From Azolla caroliniana (taxonomy: Eukaryota; Plantae; Polypodiophyta), in NCBI GenBank assembly GCA_043228905.1, contig JBHGNT010000006.1, forward strand, positions 4,092,001-4,156,000: 64,000 bases of DNA, in the 5' to 3' direction. The position numbers and the translations under genes are program-made. This document shows positions 53,526 to 64,000 of this stretch, one piece after another; the first letter of the stretch is position 1; each line of letters starts with the position of its first letter. The notes beneath the pieces are model-generated. The model was given only the letters and a program-made list of their open reading frames with translations, was not told where the DNA came from and did no database searches.

Positions 53526-56500
53526 TTATATGGAAAGATATTTTTTCATCTCTTCATAGGCAATGTAGGTTATGCTAGCACTTGGAACAACTTTAAATAG
53601 GCTAGGGAGCAATCCTTTGTAGAAGGCCCGAATGCCTTCTTCTCGCCATGTTGTCTGGATAGCATGAATCATTCCCTTATACCGATTTGATGAATCAGCT
53701 TGCAATCTTCAAAAGTTTTGAAGATTAATTACAGCTCGTTAGCAAACAAAGAAACAATAACATTGTTTTAATCAACACTTGTTATCATCATCCAATAATT
53801 TTTATCTTTTTCACCTTGTCCGTATAACTTGTAGTGGATAGACAGATGTTGCCCCAACTGCACCTGACACCATTCCACAACCCAGATGTATCAAAGGCCC
53901 TGGCTCTTCAGAAAATAAAACAAGATGAAAGTCAGATATTTGAAAGATCATTGCAAGACACGTAAAAGTTTCTCCACAGAAACACATACATTCATAAAAA
54001 AACTGCAGTTTTTCATTGAAAATCACCCATTACTTTAGAGTGACTCATCTCATAAAATAAATTGTCTTTCTCAAACATATCAAGATAATACATGTCTTAA
54101 TAACTATAAAAAATCCAAACCAAGCAAATCTTAGGTAGAAGACTCTATTACACTAAAGTTTGTCATGCTAATCAAAAGACTATAATTTGCATGACAAATG
54201 ACTCGTCAATACTAACTCATAACACAATAAAGCGCATATTAAGAGGAAAATATACCATGATATCTATAAAAATCCAAGCAGATATACATTTGTAGCAATT
54301 TAACTGTTTTTTTATTTTTTTTCTTGTTTCTTTTTCTTTTTCATGTAGCCTAGCAGTTGGACCATTGAGGTTGTTAGGAAACTAGATGCAAAACGCAAAT
54401 GAACTACTAGGGCATAGCAAGCATGAAACTCTATTTTATCATAAATATCATTTTAGGCTGAGTCTACAAGCTAAACCTCTACGTACTTGTTAAGGAAAAA
54501 AACCAAAGTTTTGCAGTGTGAGCTATCCTCTCAGGAGTTATTGGATAGAATATTTGTTAAAAATAAACTCATGAGTAACTTAAGATGAAAACTTTGTAGT
54601 CCATTTCATTTCATCTCTCGGAGCCAAGTTTCAACCAAGTTACAAATTATTTAGAAATGAAATCAATAACTCCTTTGTAAATGCCAAAGATACGTTTTAG
54701 AGAGATCACTCTCATTGCATATGGTGTGACCTACATGACTGATCCAGCAACTATCACAGATCTGCATCAATGTTTAAATTAAACGCCATATTTTGCAGCA
54801 TTTAGGGTTTTAGGGTTCAACAAGCTTATCAATGTACAATCAAGTTGTAAGGGGTATATAGTTAAAAAAGTCAAAGTGGATATTGTAAGATATTTTAATA
54901 AGGTCTACGAAGTAAAAGGGATACAAGAAAAACACCACTCTCATCCAACTCCAAGTAAAAATCAAGCATAATGAATCAGCCTCACTATCAGCCATCAATT
55001 TTATAGAAAATTGATACATACCACGGTCATTCGAAAGCCATTGACGTGATCGATTTTTCAAGGATTCATATGCTGCTAGGTCAATTCCAGCATAGGGAAC
55101 AATTCCAAGTAATGATGGTAGAAGGCCTCTATAAAATGCTCGGAATCCTTCTTGACGCCATATTTCCTTTGATAATTTGGATAAAGATGGAGCATGATCA
55201 TGTGTCATTAATCGTGTTTTTATAAGTTCCATTGGATATATTGTTGTTTGAGCTATAGCACCCGCAGTTCCACCAGCAAACAACCTCTCGATGCCACTTA
55301 TATCATCTTTACTGCCCGAACCATGCAATTGAACTAAGAGACCTTTCACTGTCTCATATGCGTAGAACTTGATTGCAGATTCAGGAGCAACTTTTAATAT
55401 ATTGATACCATTACCCCTGAAGAAACCCGAGAATCCACTCTCCTTGTAAATCTTGAGAGCACAAGGAACAAAAGATTGAGTTCCTTTCTTGATCTGGAAG
55501 AGGACTTTTACACGATCTAGGGGTGCAGTTGCAGTTCTTGACAGAGCGCCCGCAACACCCCCAGCTATGAAATATTTTGCCGCATGTGAATGCCGACTTA
55601 TTCCTTCAGGAATGATTGCATGCTCCCCGATATCAACTAAATACACCTTTTCCCAGTATTGGTAGATGTTTGTGATTGTGGCTTTATGTGGATACAAGAA
55701 GAGGAAATCCCGCCATTCTTTGAATGTTATCTCTCCATTTTTGTCCTTATCCACACTCTCCACAAAGTGCATAAATTCATCATCGCTTATCTGAATACCT
55801 GTACATGAAATTATGTGAAATGGTGTGGCTACACATATGACCAAAACAATACTAATAAAATCCAGCTCCCTTGATCTATATGGGACATGTTGCCTCACAT
55901 TTCAATTGAAAAAATTACCCTCTAATTCCATGGACACCTACACATATTATAACCTACACTTTTGAATAAAACTTTACATTAACGTACCCTCTGAAATTTC
56001 ACGAAGACCCCATAATGTTAGCCTATCTACATTTTGAGTATAATAACTTTTAATTGTATACCTGACATATTAACCCCACCCCCCCCCCCCCCCAAAAAAA
56101 AAAAAAAAACAATCCCACCCTCTCTTAAATAACAATTATCTAAACTTGGATTTAAATTTACACAATATATTTACCCCAAACTGCATTTTTCGAGGAAAAT
56201 GTTACGCATAATTGTGATGCACCCTCTAAATATCCATGAATCTTTATCTACTCTCTCACATTGCATACGATATTATACAGTTTTTTGAAGAATAAAATAG
56301 TGAAAATCACCTGAATGAATCAAAGCGGAACGGAGCTCATCAGGTAGGATTGAACCATTATGTCTGACATCAATCTCTTTGAATATATTGTAGAGTTCAA
56401 GCTCTTTATTATCCATATACCTGCAAAATTCAGTGAAATCGACTCGGCCATCGGAGTTCGAATCACATACCTCTAATAGATCATTCACATATGTATATTG

Positions 56501-56689
56501 GCATGGGATAGAAAGAGCTTCAAACCCCACTTCCACATCTCTATGATCCAAATAACCCTTCCGTGATGAATCGAAGAAGCCAAAGAGCTTTTGTAAGCGA
56601 ATATCTCTCTGTTCCTCAGTCTCTTCAAGGGCCAACAGGACCTCAGAGAGGAAGGTTTTCTCTGCTTTTGGAAGTCTAGCCGTTGTCAT
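53526..56689 (-). CDS. Ca2+-binding mitochondrial ATP-Mg/Pi carrier (APC/SCaMC type), about 475 aa; exons 56689-56311, 55798-55022, 53905-53815, 53706-53526
   Basis: N-terminal EF-hands ([26 protein letters not shown]) followed by carrier repeats ([26 protein letters not shown]). Exons are in phase (1428 nt). Confidence 0.92.
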
Positions 56690-59130
56690 TTTTCTTTCTT
56701 CTGGTTCTTCCTTGTATGTTGCTCCCACAAAATCAGAAGGAAAGAAGGAAGGAATAGGAGGGAGAGGCTACATTTTGGGATGCTGGAAGCTTGCAGAAAA
56801 GTGGGTATGGGGTTCTTCTTCTCCACGAGAAGCGTTAAAATTAAGTCTCCATGGAAACTCTGCGCCAGAGAATGTTAAATCAAAGACAAACTATGTGAAC
56901 AGAGACGTCTTCAATTCTGGAAGACTTCCTCCAAAAAGATGTGGGTTAGGACATGAAAGAAAAGATGATGAGGTTACATGTTATTTATTATCTGTGGACT
57001 TAAAAGAAGAAGAAGAAGAAGTAAAAGCTAGATGGTAGGTACAAAATGTTAGGAAGGGACATCATTCATTCATCCTTAAGTGTTTTATGTCACATGTGTG
57101 TTTCCCTCTTGTTTGCAAGGGGGAGGGGGGGTGAGCTTGGGCTACTTACGTACGTACGTATGTATGGGCTACGTATGTATGTATATATATTTATGTGCAT
57201 GTGTCTATGTACGGAGTCTATTGTTGTGCGAGGCATTTGCCTCTCTATCTCTTTTTATCCAAATGAGCTTTTCGATAACGACAATTTCAACAAGTTAGTC
57301 ACAGGACAATGGTATTACTTAGAGCGTTCAATAACTTAAGGAGGGGGGGGGGGGGGGGGGCACCCAACAATGTCATGTAGAGACTCGCGTGTGGAAAGAG
57401 GCTCATAGCTAGTGTATTTAGTTTTGCTCCACGTACTTAGGGTTGTTAAAGTTTTTAGCAATGGGTTTGAAGTTGCATTCATTAGAAATTTGTGATACAT
57501 TGAGTTTGGTGTTTGTGAACTACCATAAGTTTACTCTTATGAATAGTTTTGCAAAACCACTTTTCATGTCCAAAGGGTTAAACATAATAGTATTGTCAAG
57601 AAAAGAATAGATTTGAATTGTGTTTTGAAAATGTCATATTTCTGCATCGAAACTTTTGCACACATTTTACACATGATTCAATGTCCTAGAAAAATGCCAA
57701 CAACATGCGTCACACATGTCTCCTTTGTGGAGTTAAGTTCAACGATCATGCCATATCAATCATGACATGTTTTACGGTCTCCGACCATCATTTTGTGTGC
57801 AAGGTTACAATATAGATTGTTGTATTATTCCATTATGTCGACCTCAAAAGAACATTTCAATATATATATATATATATATATATATATCATGGATATTGAA
57901 GCAATGATCAAGCATCAATGCCTCAACAATGTTTAAAAGACTATCTGTGCATGTCTAATATATCTGCACACACATAACTTGAACATACGATCTTTCCCGT
58001 CTCTTTCAAATACATGTCCAAATATAAAAAGCCGTCTAGCACTGATACTCAATCTTCTTCTCATTGCACATTGCTCAAAAACAAGCATCCCAATGCAAGC
58101 TGCAAAACTCATTTACTCATGTTTTATAGATGAAGCATAATGGTGTTAATAATTTCATTCTTATATAGCCATTTTTTAATCCATCTTTACTCAAATTTAC
58201 TACTCTAGTCTCCCTCATTAGTGAATCACCTTCATCATCACCACTACTCTTCAACAAATTCATACTCATGATGTAACAAATCATTTAGTTGTGTTTCATA
58301 GATAAAGCAACAAAGGGTCAACAATTTCATTGTTATATAAATTTGTTTGGATCCTTTAATCTAATTTACTAATCATCAACCTCACAATTTCATTAGCAGC
58401 TTACGTTCACATAATTATCTCTCAATTAAGAAATGAAATTAATCATTCATTCAATCAATCAAATTCTCTGTAATCTCGCAATAATTCATTGGAGTGACTA
58501 AAATGTTGAATTAAAACAATGTTGAAAATATGTAACAAAAGTGAGAACATAGTAATCCATTCACCTATGCTTAGCTCACATATGTCTCCACATAAAATAA
58601 AATATTCCGCAATAACTAAAACATGCCCCTTGATCACTCTACAACACACATGCATTGACCATCCATGTATATAGCAACTAAATCATTTGTTACTCAATAA
58701 GTTATGTTTGGGCTAGAAAGTACAAAGATTATTAGTCAGTAAAATTCATGGCAATATTCCAGAGAGGAACCAGTAACCTAAACTTGGAACAAGTAGTACA
58801 TATAATAACAAAAGAAGCATCGATCATTGGATATTCAGAGAGTAAAATAATCCACACTTGATAGTCCGATCAAGCTTGGGAACCTTTTGCTAGAGTCAGC
58901 TTAACAAAATATTTTATAAACAATCCATTTGCATTGATAGAAAAAATATTTCTTTCTATCAGGACGAGTTGACCTAATTTGGATCTAACCATTGATTAAA
59001 CCACTGCCTTCTTACTGAATAGAATCCAGAGGTCACACTCATTCCCATTAGAAACTATGTTATTGGCCTGAATACAAAGGAGAGCTGATAAAAGAGGGGT
59101 GAGAGAAAGAGGGAGATCATAATCGTCCGT

Positions 59131-62017
59131 TCACAGGACGACAGCAAAAGCACTTCTTGTGAACTTAAAAAAGCCTCTGAAAAGGCAGAACAAAATCAGG
59201 GCCGAGGTCGCAACAGAAAAGAGGAATACAGAAACGGCATTGCTGTTACAGCCTTTATAAGGCAGTCTCCGTGCCCTTCTTCTCCCAGCATATTGCCATT
59301 CGGACAATTCAGCCAAACTATCAGATTCCGATAGTGTGTTCAGACGATTGACCATCCTCCTCTGGTGGAGGGGCCTTATCACATTTAAAGATGATTCTAT
59401 GTGTGAAGTGCTCTTGCTCATAGTATCCGCGTTTTGTGGTTTAACATTGGCTGAAGATAACTCGAGTGCCGATGCTGGCAATGCAGGGACGTTCTCGAGA
59501 AAACCGAGCACCACTCCTAGAAGCGATGTGGGCGAGACAGGATTTGGTATTGAAGAAGTGGATTCATTGGTATGAGATTGATCCGAGGATAACATTGATA
59601 TTAGTGAGGTAGAAGCTTCATTTTTCTTTTGCTCTTGTGAGGCTCCTACTGAATTCTGTGATTGTGGGTTTTGAAGTGATATATCAGTTGAAAATTCTGT
59701 TACGAAGGTTGATTGGTGATCTATCACTCTTGTTTCACTGGAGGATAATACATCTGTAACAGGAGTGATTTCTCAGCACAAAGTTTATTTATGTAGCTGT
59801 CAATGTCAATCTCTTTTCACTAAACCACAACATTAAAACTGTTTTTTTAAGTACCTGAGAATGAACCGGTAGAGAAATTATCGCTGTTCTCTAGAGAATG
59901 TAAATGATTTGTGTCACTTATATTACTAGATTCATCTGATGACACCTGTGAAATAAACTTACTAAATAAGTTAAAACAGTTTATACAACATAGTCTGAAG
60001 AATAACATAGATTGGATGAGTATTATCCATTAAAGAAAACTGGATAAACTTAATCTAATATATCGATAGGTTTGGACCACTCTTGAAACAAGCATTCATT
60101 TTCTGTCACTTTTCCATACTTCACCTATTAAATGTAAGAGATCATTTCACACAATGAATAATCTAGCTTACAACCTATATTTTAGATGTGAACCTGTACA
60201 TAGATGGTGATATCATCCAGAAGCCCAAACTTGATTTTTGACAAAATAATAATTATCAAATGTTTCTCTCACCTCTAGCGTCCTATCTTTGAGATCAAGA
60301 AGGTTGTGGAATTCATCAATTTGCTTCAATTCATATGAAGGAAAATCCAATTGTAGTCGCATTCTACGTGCAGCTGTGCCTTGTGCCATCAAGCTTTCTG
60401 GAACCCATTTAGCATCCATCCGAGTCTCAATCCCTGTGTTATTTCCAAAGCAACTATCACCCAAATCTAAAGGAGATAGATCTGAAATGAATTCACCATT
60501 AGGATCAGGCAAGTCTGCTAGCTCAAAGAAGTCACCATAATCATCAATACTGAAGCTTTGATTGGTATTCATATCAATTGGCAAAGACCCTTCGTTTGAA
60601 TATTCAATGGATTCATCAACAATCTCACCCTCATCCACAATTTCACGCAACAATTCTTCCAGCATATCAGCTTCATTTTCATGCCGATGAAGCATAGAAT
60701 GAAGGTTTTCCATAGGATTTCCATGCATTTCCAGCATCGAGTCAGCAGTGGAATTAAGTTTCCCTCCAATATCAACAGTGGAATTGAGCTTTACTCCAGC
60801 ATCCATAAAATTAAAATCATCATCAATAGTGGAAGGGAGATCAAAACCATCATCAATCAACCCAGGCTTCTCTTCAAAACTTGCAAGAGAGTTAAGCAAG
60901 CAGTCAAAATCCTCCTGATTATCCAATAAGATACAATTGACTGAGGCCTGCAATGGTATCTCAGGGCCTTGACCAACATTTGAATACTTGAGACACTCCA
61001 CCGAAGCCACATCTTTCACATCACCAAGATTATCTTCATCATCTTCAACACCTTCTATAACAGGAGCACCATATTGTTCTCCATTCCTTGGACCCGGACC
61101 TTGCTTCCTTCGCACGCGGCAAAGCACGAAAGGGTTCTTTATCCCTCCAATTCTCTTCTCGAATTCTTCATCCAATCGATACTCATGCATTACCCAATCG
61201 GTTCTCTCTCCATGGGGAGCCCGACCCTGATAATAGATCAAAGTCTTCTTTGAGCCCACCACGCGATTACCTGTACTGATTTTCCGATCCTTCCCAGTCG
61301 CTTTCCAATACCCTGCTTTAGTTGTGCGGTTGGTCCGTGATCCATGGAGATACTTTCTGTCCTGAAGGTTGAAGAAGTACCACTCTGGATCTCGGCTTGG
61401 CAAGATGGATAGCCCTACAAGACAAAAAGAACATGACATTTACACCATTGCGATTCCATATTGAAGAAGAATAGAAGCAAGATGAAAGCTCATACACCAA
61501 ATCAATCCAATTCACGGAGGTCACAGGGTCACAGAAAACCAATATGCCAAGATTAAAGAAAAAAATTTATCATGCAAAAATCAGGGGTTAACAACGGTTC
61601 TTTTAAAGTATGATTAAGTTTTGATCATTGTCAGGAACGTGAAAAAAAGCATAGTTTTGTCACGCGATCGTTTTATAAACCATAGACCTACTTAGGTATC
61701 CGAAGCCCCACATACAAATAAGGTGGACGTGGTCTGTATCTAAGAGAAGACCTTATTATTGCATTCTGAATAGATGGAAATTTTATTAAACCTTCTCGTG
61801 ACACACACAAACACATTTAACAAAACAGAGGGTTTAGGATTTGAGGAACCATTCACATACCAGGGAGCTCTGTGGGTTCGAACCTGTAGATGTCAATTTC
61901 TGCGATAATTCCTTCTTCTAAGCTTCTTCCTGTAGCCTTTCTCTTGAGGTAGTGAACCACGAGATCTTCATCAGTGGGATGGAAACGAAATCCAGGGGGC
62001 AGAACAGATGTCACCAT
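59131..62017 (-). CDS. Membrane-anchored NAC transcription factor (NTL type), about 670 aa; exons 62017-61861, 61414-60273, 59945-59855, 59753-59131
   Basis: NAC domain ([35 protein letters not shown]), acidic middle region, [11 protein letters not shown] motif and a C-terminal hydrophobic helix [19 protein letters not shown]. Exons are in phase (2013 nt). Confidence 0.9.
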
Positions 62018-63722
62018 GGATCTCTCCTCAATCTATCTAGGTCGTTGATCTGGGTTTTGATTTGGTGAGAGAGGAGGGGGGAGAGCATACAAGCGGAAAC
62101 AGGAACAGGGTTAGAGGATATGGTGTGTGAGGAACAGAGGAAGGGGGGGGGGAGTACAGAAATAGGGTATGCGGATATGGTGTGTAAAACAGAGGAAAGG
62201 AAAGTGGGGGAACAGGGGAGGGGGGAAGGGGGAAGGGATAAAGGAAAGTGAAGGGAAGGGAAGAGGAAGATGTGTGGAAGGTTCTTTCTCTTTTCTTCTC
62301 TCACATTTAACACTAAAAAGCTCAGTCAAATGGGGAGAGTGAGAAAGTGAAGGGATATGTGATATATTCAGCTAACTCTTTTATGTAGTAATAGTAGTAA
62401 AGTAGTGGTAGAAGTAGTAGTAGAAGTAGTTCACACGATAAAGAAAGAGAAGACCGCAGTCCCTATCTGTCGAGGGCTTCCTTAATGTCCACCTTCGTGA
62501 CCACCACAAATCGGCTATGTCCACCACAACTCAGTTTCCGAAATGGAGAAGAGAAGCTCACGTCTTCGTCGCCTACGTTATTGTATAGCTACACCATGGG
62601 CTTGAAATCGGGCACATGCCACATAGGTAAGTGAAAAACTTGGTGCATCGCTAGGTTTAAACCCTTTCGTGTGCTCATGTCGGGGATATCGATCAGTTTA
62701 GACTATTATATCAACTATTTAGAAGCCAAGAGCTCGATTTACTAATGTCAGATGTAGTTTAGGAAAGAGTGTCATATGGTGTACCGTGTAAATATACATA
62801 TGTGTAGAGAGAGAAGAATAGAGGGGAGAGAGAGTGTGTGTGTGCGCGCAGGGGGGGGTGTGTGGGTGTGCATGCACCCAATAGATGGTTGTATGAAGGC
62901 TTTGAAGATCATGAAGTCAACAAATGTATGTGAAAGTGAAGTGTATTCAAGTCTTGTGCTTTTCTTTTGGGGTTCATCTTTACGCCAATGGCAATCCAAT
63001 CCCCAATAGTAAACTGCAAGAATCTTGAAAGATCATATAACTTTTGTGATCATAACAATAACCACAACCATATTATTAAGAGCATGTGGCATAAAAGAAA
63101 CTTTCATCTCATACAACTCTTATCGCTCAATGCACAATGGTAGTGATGTTCAAGGTAATTTGATTATTCCAATTAATGTGTGATCAAGGAAGGACTAGTG
63201 TGTCATAGTATAGTGCTTGATCATCCTTCTTACAAAACATATCTAGGGAACCACTTGCATTATGTTACTAACCTACATGTGTGTGGGATGAATGATGTAT
63301 TTTTAGTGTATATTTCTAAAAATAAAACTAGTGCATAAAGAGAGCATCAATATGTGGACTTTGCATTATTTTAGCGGTTGATGTTGCTCCAATCTTGTAA
63401 TATAATCCTTGCCATGTTTAGGAGATGATAACATGATGAAATCATACTTCATATTCTGAAACTTCCTGCCTTTGTGGTCTGCTCGCAGTAAATCACTCAA
63501 TACCTCATGCTGTATTTCATGTTTGGTAGTTTTTTCTTACAACATTCCTCAAGGGCTCTTCACCCATTTTTTACATGGATCAAACCTTGGGCTTTATGGA
63601 TTGGATGGATGTTGGACAACCAACTACATACATTTTTGTTCACCTATTTTCGACATATTTTGAACAATGAAATTATTGTTTGTGCCATCCTTGCATTCTT
63701 GTTATTTCAAAAGAAATTGAAT

Positions 63723-63760
<38 letters not shown>

Positions 63761-64000
63761 AGGGTTGATTATTATTTGGCTATAATTTATGTCAGAGGGG
63801 TTTTCATGGTTTTAACCTCAAAGTGAGGTTTTCCCACCATCATATAATGTATCAGAAAGATGTGTGTGCGTGAGGTGGTATTTTTAGACATGAAAGTAAC
63901 CAACATAGACACCATAATTTTTAATTTATACAAGTATTTGCAAGGTAATTGGGATGTGTGTTCTTGCCCTTGCATGTGTTTGCCACTATTAGTGTCAGCC

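Noticed and set aside
54801-54817. Interstitial telomeric repeat TTTAGGGTTTTAGGGTT
   Set aside because: Only two units inside an intron; a common telo-box-like motif.

Overview
AT-rich land-plant nuclear DNA with spliceosomal genes and many (AG)n/(TACA)n microsatellites; a fern-like source is an inference. Seven intron-containing genes were assembled by hand with consistent splice phases. On the minus strand: a CERES-like LRR protein with a C-terminal eIF4E-binding motif, a short BAP31-like ER protein, a ubiquitin-RUB/NEDD8 fusion, a plastid DUF4079 protein, an EF-hand ATP-Mg/Pi carrier and a membrane-anchored NAC factor. On the plus strand: a TBL O-acetyltransferase. About 26.7-40.2 kb is a retroelement pile. 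There, an old RTE-like LINE hosts an L1 LINE (13-bp TSD), which hosts a Ty1/copia element (5-bp TSD), which hosts an internally deleted Ty3 chromovirus (5-bp TSD). The most unusual signal is in both chromovirus LTRs: a 180-bp module bounded by 9-bp inverted repeats that holds a tRNA-like Pol III A/B-box unit at exact tRNA spacing and a perfect four-unit heat-shock element, followed by a TATA box and a 21-nt palindrome. All calls were made by eye, and no database search was run.
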